Shown here piece after piece: positions 43,102 to 55,600 of a DNA stretch of 64,000 bases. The first letter of the stretch is position 1. Every line of letters starts with the position of its first letter. Source of the stretch: Rhizaria sp. SCN 62-66 (taxonomy: Eukaryota); assembly GCA_001724265.1 (NCBI GenBank), contig MEDY01000008.1:62001-126000 (forward strand), read 5' to 3'. The notes under the pieces were generated by a model that was given only the letters and a program-made list of their open reading frames with translations, ran no database searches and was not told the origin of the DNA. A program made the position numbers and the translations under genes.

Positions 43102-46100
43102 TTAGTCACCCACGTTATTGCCTGCAGAGTGTGCGAGACCCTGAAGCTGACGCGCAAGTTGGTTCGCAGCACGACGACGGCGCTCCATCTAGAAACACAA
43201 ACAATAAAAGTATAACACAAGACAGACAAATGCAAAGTGGTAAGTGTGAGGTGTCATAATGCATTGAGAAAATGTTATATTCGGAAGAGTTGATGTTGTG
43301 GATGTCAAGCGAGTCCGTACCTCTCGGAGCATCTCTTTCATCTCTCCCTCGACTTCCTCCGTCGCAGCCTCAGCGCGCTTCCGCGCCGCAGTCTGTTCGG
43401 CAACCTCCGCTTCTGCGCGTGTTACGCGCTCCTTCATCGCGACCACCTCAGCGCGCGCCGCAGCGGCAGCGTTTTCCGCAGCCTCCGAGCGCGCAGCAGC
43501 AGACGCAAGCTCAAACGCTGTCGTCGCAGCGGCGCGCCCACGTGCAGCCTCCGTGTCAGCAGCCAAGCGGCGCGCGTCGGCGGCCGCGGCGAGGGCGGAC
43601 TCGAGATCGCGCCGCAGCGTCATTTCAGCAGCAGTCACGCGAGCCTGAGAGTCAGTCACAGTGTGTGCGAGCTACGAGAAATGTCGCGCATAAAAACATA
43701 GTAGCATATAGTGAGAGTGAGAATATAAATATGATGTGTGTTCATTAAAGCAAAACGAAAAATTGCACATCATTATAAGCAAGTATTGTTCCCTCGTACC
43801 TCTGCCTTGGTTGCAGCAAGCTCTTCTGTGGCCTGCTTCGTCGCTGCCTCAGCACGGGCCAGCTCTGTCGCCACTTGTTTAGCACGCTCCGTCAGCGCAA
43901 GGTGCTCAACTGACAGATCCTCGAGGGACTGCTCCAATTCCTCAACCTTGCTCTTAAGCTCACTCCTCTCGGTCCTGAGCTCATTGATTTCACTGCGCAT
44001 ATGCGACGACTCGCGCTCGCCGCGCGCCCGAGCCTCGTCCAGCGCAGAGAGTTGGTCATCAAGCATGACGTCCTTCGCGCGCACCGCGGTCTCGAGCTTG
44101 TCAACGCGCCGTTGAAGCTCCGCCACCTCCGCAGCCTTGGCGTTCAGCTGCGCCGTCACAGTGGCGACGGCGGCGTCCTTTTCGCCGCCGCGTTCGCCTG
44201 CGGCCTCAGCAGCGAGCGCCGCGGCACGCGCGCGCTCGTCGGCAGCGGCGGCGCGCTCCTGGGCGGCGCGAATCGCCGACTCTGCAGTCACTGCGCGGCC
44301 ATTGGCCTCACTGATGGCCTCAGTGGCGGCGGATAGACGCTGCCGGAGTGCAAGCACCTCGTGCTCGCTCGATGTGGCGCGCGCACGGGCCGCGGACGCG
44401 TCCTGGCGCGCGCCCGCAAGCGCAGCCGCGTGCTGGGCAAGGGAAGTCTGGGCCTCTGCGACTGCGGTCAGGGCACGCTTTTCGTTCGTGACTGTAAGCT
44501 TGAGCAACGCCTTGAGATCGGCAATGTCTTGGTCGCGCGCTTTGATGGCAGCACGGTGTGTTTTGACCTCCTCAGCGGCGGCCTTATTCGCTGCCGCCGC
44601 GTCTTGGCCGAGCGCGAGGACAGCAGCCTCAGCCTCAGCGCGCGCAGCGGCTTCATCTCTCGCGCGCGCTTCGCTCGCAGCCGCAGCGTCCTCAGTCGTC
44701 TTCGCGCGGCGTAGAGCGGCGTCGCGTTCGCTCTCCGCCTTGGCGCGCGCCTGGCGCTGCGTATCCGCGTCAGAGCCCGCAGACGCGGCTTCTGCCCGTG
44801 CAGCCGCGGCCGAGGCCGCAGCGTCAGCGGCCGCGGCACGAGCCGTCGCAAGCTCGCGCGCGTGCGCAGTAGCCTGCGCAGTGAGAGCACGGCAGAGTTG
44901 CGCAACAGACTCACTCTCGTTTTGATCAACCGGCACGCCAACAAAGCCGGGAATAGGGTTGTGGTTGGCTGTCGCTGGGGCAGCGGGAGGAGCAAGGCGG
45001 GAGCGGAGAAATGCGAGTTCAGCAGCCATCATCGCAAAACGTGGGTCCTCTGGTGATGCCATTGGTTGCGCATGTGACTGTAACGGCGCGTGGGGGTGGA
45101 TTTGAGGTTGCGACTGTGTGAATGACTGTGAGAGTGATGATCGCGAGTCATCAAGTTCTTCCGTGATCGACGGGAGCCCTGCACCTGGAAACGCCCAGCC
45201 CCCGCCGTGGCCAACGATATCAACACCACCAGCGGCGTCGTCGCTCTCATTGTGCATCGGGTGAGTGGCGGGGGGCCGAGAGGAATTCGAGTTGGAGGTT
45301 GTCGCGGTGCGCGTCCCTTGCGATGAGGCATCAACTCGAGACAGTGTGTTATCAGGGTGAACGTGAGCGCCTCCACCGGGCATATCATGCGTCGCAACAT
45401 TACTTGCAGTTGCAGGAGGAGCAGAGGCGAGTGCAAGAAAGCGCGGTGACGCGCTGGGCGACGGATCGTACTGTGATGCATATGGGTTTTCATCTTTGAC
45501 AGCAGCTGAACTGTGAGCGTGGCCGTTATCATGGGTCTCCCGTCGCGCGTTCTTGCTCTGTCCAGCAACAGCTAAATACAGCTCCTCTGCCGGCATGCAG
45601 ACGCACTTTACACCGCCGCGGTGAGCACAACGGCAATATACACGGTCTTTTGCGCCGTGAACACGCGTGTGCGCATGTTTGTGCGCGTGGGCAGAGCGCG
45701 CGCTGTCACAGTCACTTCCAGAAGCCCCAGAAGACGATGATGAGGATGAAGATGACGACGGTAACGGGGATAAAAGCATTGACGGCGACAGCGACCCTGT
45801 CTCGTGCCCGGCTGCCCCGTGGTCCACCTGATCAGCGCCAGCGTCACCCTCATCGTCCGTCTCACTGCCGCTACCATCGCCGTCAGCGTTTACTCTGCGG
45901 GGGCGGCCGCCGACACTGGCGCCGCCCTCGATTTTGCGCCGCACGCGCCGGACGCGCGCTTGCTCGCGTGCCTTGGTCTGCTGCAGCAGCGCGCGCAGGA
46001 CGCCGGTGTACTTGGGGTCGTCGGCGCTCACATCTAGTGACGATGTAGACGAAGACGAGGACGAGGACAGCGGACTGTGTGCACCGCCCTTGGTAGTACC

Positions 46101-48376
46101 GGCACCGCTAACGGCGTTGGCGTTGTTACCAGCGGCACACGCGCATTTGCACTCAGCACTGTCACAAGCAGGGCGACGGCCGCTGTGACTGTCAGTGTGG
46201 AGCTGATGCTGCTGGTGAGCGCTGCACTGATACAGGCACTGCTGCTGATGACCAGTGCGATGCAGCGGCAGCGCAAGAGGTGGTACAGGTGCAGAACTCA
46301 GACTCGAGCTGGCACCATGCAGCACTGCTCCAGTGTTCATGGCGAACACAGACTGCGCTGGAGCTGTGGACGCAAATACAGAAGCAGCAGCATTCGCAGG
46401 AGGTGTGGTGTGTACGTTTGTGCTGGGAGTGGGTGCGGGCGTCCGCCGCCGCAGCCGGGCAAGCAGGTTGTCGATAGCCGGAGTCGTCGTCAGGCCCGCG
46501 CTGCTGTTCGAGGAGGTCGTACTCGGGTGGTGGAGAGACGTTGCGTCGCTTGCATCCGCGGCAGAGTGCAGCATCCGCACGACCGCGGTCTCCGTTGCCG
46601 CGCCTGCTGCCGCCGCGCCCGCAACGTCAGCATCCGCAGCCAAAGCCGCGGCAGCAGCGGCAGCGGCAGCGGCAGCCGCAGCAGCAGCCGACAAAGCCGA
46701 AGCGTCAGAAGTGACGGCAGGCACGTTGGCTGTAGCAGCCGTGGGCAGCGGCATCGGAATCAAACCCAACTGCAGCGCCTGTGCGTGCGCCTCCGCCAGC
46801 GACGCCGGCAGCGGCAACCCGTCGAGGCGCGCAAGAAAGGGCAGCAGCTGTGCGGCGTAGAGCCGGTACAGCGGGATCGCGCAGACCGGGTTCGTGAAGC
46901 TCGCGTGCGCCATCGCGCCGGCGGAGGCTGAGCCAGGGGCGTAGGGCGCGCTGTGAAGCCAGAGATCGCGAAGAGAAGTGAGGTGACGCAAATGCGAGAG
47001 CTCGGAGAGAGAGGAAATCGAGTTGCCACGGAGGTCCAGGAACTCGAGGCGAGCGAACGTGTTTTCTGCGTGTAAAGCGCGACATAAGAACACAATCCAG
47101 CACAGAAGTAACACAATTAGAAACGACAGATATGCGCATAGCCAAGAGCTTAAGTTATCAAATATTTTAAGAGGTTATGCAAATTGGCAACAACAGTATC
47201 GATGAACATCGTCACAGACATACCCATGTAGCTTTCGTCGCCGTCCTCATCATCGGCATTTTCAGTCGTAGCTGTGGTGGCAAGGCCAGCGTCAGGGCCC
47301 GTCACGCCGCCGCGGCCGCGGCCACGGGCAGGTGCCGCTCTGCCCGCAACAACCAGCGCCGAGCTATTGTGACTCGAACTGCCAGCGCCGCCGCTCGCGC
47401 GAGTGCCTTTGCTCTCAGCACCGGCAGCGCCTGCAGCGCCGGCAGCGCCGGCAGCGCCGGCAGCGCCTGCAGCGCCGGCAGCGCCTGCAGCGCGGCGGCT
47501 CGCTGCTGCGCCGGCGCCAGTCCGCGAACTCGCTGTCGCAGCCGTCTGCGCAGCGCCCGCGGTACTGCCGCTTGCGCTACCGCTGTAGCCGGCGGCAGGG
47601 GGCATCGGCACGAGGACGAGCGTTCCGTTGCTGTTGCTAGCGCCTGCGTGCGCGCCCGCAGGCCGCCAGCCAGGGGGCGGGGCCTGAAAGCCCGACTCGG
47701 CCGACAAACCCGCCAGCGTGGCCAAGCTGTTGTGCGGCAGCGAAAGCCGCTCCAGCGCGGCGAGCGGGGCGAGGCCGTCGAGGTACTGTAGCGCGTTCGA
47801 CGACAAGTCGAGGCGTGTTAGCGTGGGGGCGGCGGAGAGACCGGCGGTGGAGCGCAAGCGGTTGCGCGCAAGGGAAAGAGCAGTGAGTGCCACAAGGCAT
47901 GTGAACTGGGACGGGCGCAGCGAGGAGAGCGAGTTGCCGGCGACGCTGAGGGTGCGCAGCTGTGAAGTGGGCGGATAGGGGCGATACAGGGCGAGGAGTA
48001 ACGTGAGTGAAAATCGCATGATATCAACACAACCGCGTCAACGGAACACTAGATTGTCATTAAACGCGTGTAAAATAAAACCAAATCCCGTGTCTTACAG
48101 ATATCACCTTCAGTTCTGTTGAATTATAGCTCAAATGACGTACGTTGATGCACATGTCTAGGTTGGGAATGTCGTTGAGTGACGTGAGCCCAGAATCGTC
48201 CATAACGAGCTCACGCACAATGCCCGCTGCAGACGCAAATGGTAAACATGAAGTGGTAGGCGTAAGAGCGACTATATGTCACAGATGTGCGAATTGGCAT
48301 CACAAGGTGAGGAAAAAATTAAGGGTCACGTACCTGGACGTCCATCGCAGAGAGGCTCTGCGCCAAAGGATGCCAT
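43102..48376 (-). CDS. Leucine-rich-repeat + coiled-coil protein (LRRCC1/VFL1-like centriolar architecture); 6 exons (48376-48334, 48226-48144, 47959-47224, 47065-43800, 43644-43321, 43188-43102)
   Basis: Five GT-AG introns join the fragments in frame. SDS22-like LRRs (LRTLSVAGNSL, LTRLDLSSNAL, LEFLDLRGNSI), an LRR cap (NPVCAIPLYRLY...LARLDG) and a long C-terminal coiled coil. TAA at 43102-43104. Confidence 0.8.
47420..47492 (-). repeat. Coding 9-bp tandem repeat encoding (AGA/AAG)n
   Basis: cagcgccgg/cagcgcctg units repeated about 7 times on the plus strand. Confidence 0.8.
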
Positions 48377-48949
48377 CAGTAGGCAGAGTTAAGGGCTATA
48401 AGGTCGTGGACTGGTGGAGACACTTGATGAATCCAGATCCGCCAAAAGGTACGTTTATATAAACAAGGTTGGCATATTTTGATGTGATATCCCAGAAAGA
48501 GTGCGATCAAGGGAGAGTCAGCTCAACGGTTGTGCGGTGCAAAGTTTGAAATAGTGATAGATTTCGATCGTCAAAGTGAAGCATCTAAATGATATCAAAG
48601 AGATATAGTAGGTAATAAAATGCTCACGATATTGCATAATCTGTTAGTAGCTGTACATTGTGGCAAGTAACTTGAAAGTGTGTGTGGTCGGGGGACGCTG
48701 CTCACGGTCACTGCCGCTGCGCTCACAGTCACCTCCAGCAGCTGTCTGACCGACCGAACAGTGGATAGGATTTCGCATTGAATGTACGCTATGAAATGTC
48801 GATATCCTCAAATGCAGTTTCTGCTTTGAAGCGCCACCACCGTGTAATAGTCGGAAATATTGTTTGATCGCCCAGAATATCTCACCCTTACTTGCGCCAC
48901 ACCTCCCTCCTCTTCCTGTGACGACGTCGACTTTTGTACAGCGTCAGAT

Positions 48950-49710
48950 ATGATCTCGACCCCCAACCCCCTGGTCATCAAGGGCCTCCTTGGTTTCTCC
49001 GGCTTCTCTGCCTTTCTGTACACCATTGCTAGCTTTGTTACCGCATCCTACGTACGTTCCACCCTCTAACGCCTGCGCAAATCCTCCTCGCATCTTCAGC
49101 TCGTCCGCCTACATTCTTCTTGCCTGCCTTGCTCAACGCGCTCACATCTACATCTTGCCTTCGATACTGTTCAATATGTACCATTTAGTCATGTGTGCTT
49201 AACATCAAGTGCATTCAGGGCACGAGCAACTACGGAACTTCTTTCTCCACCAGCGCTGGTGAGGGCTTCATGATCGTCATGTTCGGCCTCTTCTTCTGCG
49301 TCTCTATCGGCCTCTCGTTCTTCACCCTCGCCCCCGGCAAGTTCGGCCCGATCTATTCCGGTGTCCAGCTCGCGTCGTCCATCTTCACCCTCCTTACTGC
49401 ACTCTTTATGGCTGTCTGGGCTGGCCTCAAGCAGGAGTCTCTCGTCTCCGGTGCCAAGTACATCATCATCGGTGAGGGCGCGTCCGCCAAGGTCACTGAT
49501 GGCTACATCTCTGCCACCTCCACCATGATTGCCGGTGCTTCCCTCCTCATCATTGCGCAGACCGCCTTCCTCGTTCTCTACGCCAAGTGGCGCCCTCAGC
49601 TTCTGTCGACTTCGACCACGGACTCGTCCGCTTCGGCTGCCGCGTACGCCGCGTCGTACGAGCCCGGCGCGTACTTCGACGCCGCCGCCGGCGACGCCAA
49701 CAAGGCGTAA
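48950..49710 (+). CDS. Small four-transmembrane protein (MARVEL/claudin-like topology); 2 exons (48950-49051, 49219-49710)
   Basis: A GTACGT...TCAG intron joins MISTPNPLVIKGLLGFSGFSAFLYTIASFVTASY to GTSNYG... in frame. Four hydrophobic segments, strongly C-ending codons, TAA stop. Confidence 0.7.
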
Positions 49711-50751
49711 GCAAGGACCCCGGCCGACAACGCGCACAACGCCGAGCTCATTAGGAATGTTGTGATGTCGTGTGTGTGATTGTGGTTTGTATTAATATGA
49801 ATGCATGTATGTGTGTCTGGTGGTGAATGACCGAGTGACAACTGACTGTGTGAGCCGTATTTGTGTTCGCGATGTGCTTTGATCTGAGCAAAGAGGTGTG
49901 ATGCGCTTCGGTTTCTTTTAATTCATATCCTGATCGCATGTGTTTCTGCGCGTGCACTGATTGTTTTGTGACTGGCCGGTTCTGTCGCCGTTTTGTTTAA
50001 GTTTTTTTCCTCCTATAGATAAAACACCTATTTTATACCCTTTACTCATGACACTCGTCAACTCCTAAGTCACCATGTATCTCTTTTTGACACATATCAT
50101 TGACGACGCATGTCATAATTCTGCTAGTTGATTCTTACATATCGACAGTAATGTCATTGGCAACGTCACAGCATCGATCCTAAAAAGTATTTTGAGGCGA
50201 GTATTTAAAGAAAAATGTGAAATTAAAAAACTAACAACAAAAATAGATAGAGTAATAGCATGAATAGAATATATCACAAATATGTTAGCGGAATGCACGA
50301 TTAACACTGTTGAACATGTAAAATACAGTGTTTAGCTCAGAAGCCCTACTTCCGTCAGAATGTAACACCTCGCGGCGAGATCACGATATCATAAGAATAA
50401 ATTGTGTATACTTAAAAAAATATTATGGATTGGGGATAATAAACAGTTCGAACAGTTCGACGAGTTTTCTTAAGCTAGGTAAAGTGCGAGGCTGAATAGT
50501 CTCGACTCGTGACTTACAACACTAAGACACGATAGGAAAAAAAGATATTGTTTGTAAACGCACATTTAAAAGATATTAAAACAACCATCACAGTCTGAAA
50601 CATACGAAATGGCTTCAAACAGGGATACTGATCACAAGTTACACTGATGAGACAACGAGTACTCGTAATAACAACACCAGAGAAAATGTGACATAAAAAC
50701 ACACACAAAGAATAAAGTAGATCACGCACACGACGATCAAGAAGAGATTGC

Positions 50752-52612
50752 TTATTGTTGGGTATGTTGCGAGGCGGGCATCTAATTTTGCTTTTTCTTT
50801 TGCTGTTGCTTATGCAACTTCTGTAACCTCGACAAATGAGACATTGATAGCGGAGCAGCTCCCAAGCCATCATTCGAGCTCACTGTCACCGCTGTGGCGG
50901 ACGAACCCGGTGACATGCGTGACGTTTGTGCACTCACACGAACATCAATGCCACCTACAGTCACCTGGCTCAACCCTCGTAGCCCACTTGATGAGGAGAC
51001 GGTCTTGGAAGCGATGACGGAGATGTCCGTAGCACCTGACAGTGGCGATGCGGATGCGTCACTGCCCTGCGAGACAGACGTCGTGCACGTGCCTGAGCCA
51101 GGTGATGTCTGCACATTACGCGAGAGTGAGTCGGCAACGGGGCTTGGGACAGTACCAGAGCCAATGCCGTCATCACTGCTGAGATTGCCCACAGAGCCAC
51201 GACGGAATTGAAGAGTTCCGCTGTCATCGGTGCCCTTTCTGACGTCGCGAGTGCGGAAAGTGACAATGCCCGGCGACTGCCTTGGGGAACCTTCGCTGCG
51301 CATGTCCAAGGCAAACGAAGCTGCCGCCGCAGGTGTGCTGCGATACTGCTGCAGTGAACGTGGCTGTGAAGTGTTGGGCGACTCAATAGTGGTTTTGGCA
51401 GTTGCGGCGGGCGGAGGCGCCAATGACGCGTCGCCACAGCCATAACCGCTGCCACTAACTTGGCGCCAGTCGTTGCGCTGATCTTCATACGAGACATGTG
51501 TCCCACCAGTCACGGTCGCATTATCAGCGCCAGCGGAATCGCCTCCATTGTCGCTGTCGCCGAGATCAGGAGAGTCGAAATGATCGGCGTCTACTGAGAT
51601 GACAGATGCAGACGCGTCATGTGCAGAATCGGGCGATGCTGCGCCGCAGGGGGCAGCCAGCACAGACACTGTGTCAACTATGTCCGTCACAGCAGGAGTT
51701 CCAACATCGCTGACGGGAACAGTGGCAATGGGAAGCTCCGTGAAACCGACAGGCAGAGAGGCGAGACAGCCATGTGACAGCGGAAAGTTCCCGACAGATC
51801 GCATATTGGCGTGCGTGACGTCTGTTCTGGCGGGAGCAAGGGTCGACTCTGAGGCAACTGACGCGAGATATGGCGTCTGTTGCACCAGCGACAAAACAGC
51901 GGAGTCGGCACCCGCACTGTTGACGCACAACTTAGCAGCTGCGGTTGCGGCGTGAAGCGCGGTTTGGGCTTCCGCATCAGCGTGCGGTTGCGTCGCATCA
52001 CGCTCGCGTTCACTGTCAGCGATGTGCACGGTATGTTGAATGGGGCACTCACGTTGACGCTGGTGATGTGCCGCATTGGCAGGACCGTAGGCAATATGCT
52101 GGACATTGTTTTCATGACACAATGACGCGCCAATCACAGTTGTAGGATCTGCTTGAGGTTGCAGCAGTGACTGTGACTGTTGTAGACTTTGCTGTTGTTG
52201 CACACTTTGGGTAGTCGCATTGGATTGATGCTTTTTAACACCCTCATCCTCGTGACCAGCCTCCTGAAGGGTCCCCAGCGGAGAGCCATTGTACAGTGAC
52301 CGACTGTGACTGTTACGCCGACTTGTCAAGTGGTGTGGCGGAACTACCCCAAGCAGACCCGGAATGTTGACAGAGAACTGCGGCATAGCCTGTGGATGAA
52401 GTAGTTGTGGATGAAGTAGTTGTTGCGGATAGTGCCGTTGAAGTGACTGCTGGTGTTGCATCACAGATTGCGGATACCCAGACATGTTTGTAGCTCCACT
52501 CATGCAGTTTGCACTTAGCATGCTACTCGTCAGCGAAACATGGTCCTTATGATGTTTAGGCATGAACAACATAACCTCACCGGCTGGAGTCGACGGATTA
52601 CCGAGTTGATGT

Positions 52613-52647
<35 letters not shown>

Positions 52648-55600
52648 TTGTTGTTGTAAGATCTGCTGCTGCATGTAATGCAATACGAGTGCATTGTAGT
52701 GAGCATGATATTGTTGGAGTTGCTGCTCCGTCGGCGGCTGACCGTTTCTGTTATCCATAAACAGGGCGGAAGGCGGAGGCGGAGGAGGTGGGATAACGCA
52801 CCCAACATTAGCACCGACAGCAAATTGCGGTTGCTGACCTTGTAACTGCACATTGGACACAGGACCCCAAGCTTCCATACGCGGACCAGGGCTATTATGG
52901 CGCGGTACATTGCCCATATTCTGCGCCGCAATGTGAGGGTTAATGATGTTTTGCAGCAACAACGGAGACAGAATACCCGCCGTGAGCCCAACAGGGTTGT
53001 TGGTGACGCCATTTGCGAGCGCACCCGCACCATGGACTACATTTGCCGGCCCACCTTTGGCGTTACGCCGTACGCCTGCACCTGGTATGTTCCGCACCGC
53101 GCGCAGCCCAGGAGTTGACGGCGCCTCCAGATTATCTAGGTTAAGCCCTGAGAATGTCAGCAGCGGCACCGGTGCAAGCGCAGGAGCAGCCTGGGCAACG
53201 CGCGCTGTTGTTTGCGAGAGAAGTAGTGGTGCCCAGCCCCAGGTCGCAGTATTGGGGTCTGTTGCATTGGTCTTGGCACTCGACACCGCAGCTTTGCCTG
53301 GACCCGCACTGATGCGGTTACGCGTGCTACGGGGCGCGGGGAGACGGCCTGCAGCAGCAACAACGCTGGTGCTGCTGTGGATTCCTTCACCGTCGACTCT
53401 AATACGACCTGTGCGCGATGAACTGTCACTGCGACTGCGACTGCGATGCGTGTTGGGTTTCTCTAAGGAGCGAACCTTCCAGAGTACTTCTTCGTTATTG
53501 TTGGGACCGATGCAACCTGTGGATGTCACCGTACCGCGAGTTCGCCCGCGGCCGCGCATCGCACGCAGCTGCGACAGTACCCGCTCACGCGCAAGCAAGA
53601 TAACAGCGCGGCGGCGCTGGCGCATCTCGCGGACAATCTCACGACGCCGGCGGCCATGGAGCCGCATGCGCACGTGAGCACTGCACCCGGCAAGAAGGGC
53701 AATGAATGACAACAGCAATGGTGTGGTGATGAACAACTCAATAATGATGCCAACGAGTGCACCAAGGGCCCACACCCAGACCCCGGCACTGTCATCGCGC
53801 GCAGCAAGGCGTACTGAAAGTACAACTGCAAAGAAAATCGCCACAATAATGATACAGGTGACAGCAGCCATCTGCACCACCAATGTTGGTAGGAATGACC
53901 ATGTGAAACAGCTGTCGCGTTGAAAATCCTGAGTGGTGCGAGGTTGGTCACCTGCCGTATATGATGTCGAGGGAGCGATGGCCATGCCTACTTCGGGTGG
54001 GGACATTGGGGGATCAGAGGGACCTCGTTGTTGCTCGGATGCGACAGACTCGCTACTGCTCACATGCAGACCCGCACGCGAAGTCGCTTCGTGTTGCGGG
54101 CGGGTGCGAATACGCCAGCAACAGAAACGCCTCTTGCTTCCCCCACGCTTGTTAAGACGTGACGACGCTGGTGGAGTGACGCCATTGCTCACATCGCTCC
54201 CACTCACAGATGGCGACACTGTTGCCGAGGCAGTGCCAGGAACATCAACAATATCGTCGTCGTCTCTGTCTCTATGTGGGAGCAAAGACGATGCCATTCC
54301 AAAAGTCATGTTATAGCTCGTGTGGGGCTGCGGGTCGACGAAGCGCTCGTAACAGCGCAGGACGTGGGCAGGATCAACGGGTACGAGCATCACTAACGCA
54401 CGCGCAATAAGCGCTTCTTCACGTCGTCGTTGTGCCAGTTGCTCTTGAAGTTCCTTGCTCGCGCTATTGCGCGTGCCTACTCCACACAAAGGGAGCCCGC
54501 TGTAGCATGCGGCAAGTGCGCGCTCGTTGAGATTTGGACCCAGGTCCTCGGAGCGCAACAGCTCGCCATCGCGGCGTCGGTGACGGCGCGCGCGCGCGGC
54601 AGCAACAACAGCGTCGCTGCGGGCACCCGTGGCAGTTGACACAGTGATGAACGTGCCAGGTAGAGCTCCACCAACAGAAGTAGTCGGAGACTCGGGCAGC
54701 CCATCGTCAATGCTGGAACCGCTCGCAAATGCAGCAGCAGCTGCCGCTGCAGTCGCAGCGGCGGAGACATTGACATCGTTGTTTGCTGGGGACGGCTTGC
54801 TGCGTTTGCTGGTTGAAACATTATTGGGGCGTGTTACTGCCATCATCGCACTGCGGACTTCTTCTTCGTTATCGCTGCTGCTGCTGGAGTTGAGATCTTC
54901 GTCAAAACCCGTGAGTGTAGTGCGCCCCCGCCACGCCTGTCCTGCTCGAACAGCAGCACTGCGTACCAATGCACTGTCACCGTAGAGCGTCGCCAATGGC
55001 AGCACGCGCAGATGCTGCTGCAGCAGACGATCGCGGGCTAACCGAGCAAGCACACTCTTCGGAAGTGTGGGGACGGAAGCTGCAACAGCGGGGACGGGTT
55101 TTGGCGATAAATGCACGGTGTCATCAGACGAGTGAGACGAGTGATCCTCAGCACTGGTTTCATTACCAGTGCTTTCATGGCCCTCCGACGAGTCATTTTT
55201 AGGCAAAGCGGGAGCATCAGCAATTTTGGCTGCATCGCGAACACCAACACCAGAGCTGGTCGCCACGTATTGTGATGTCACAGTCGCATCATTATCTATC
55301 GAGGAGACTGCGATAATCGGCGCATCCTTAAAAATGCGCACTGGCGCCACAGGAGGTGTGTCGGCCTTCGTCGTTACCACCTGACACACTGCAGGCGGAC
55401 TCAAGCTCCGACAACTGCTGGGGCTACTACTCGTACTTGGTGGAGACAATGCGGGGCTATCGGTGGCGGCACGTCCTTTGTTGTTCGCACCATCGCTTCC
55501 AGTGGAGTCACTACTTGGGCCCTCTGTTGTTGTAGCCTGAGGATCGGACGAACGTACTTCATCGTCACTGGCACGCAACACGTCGACTGCTTTCTGCCGT

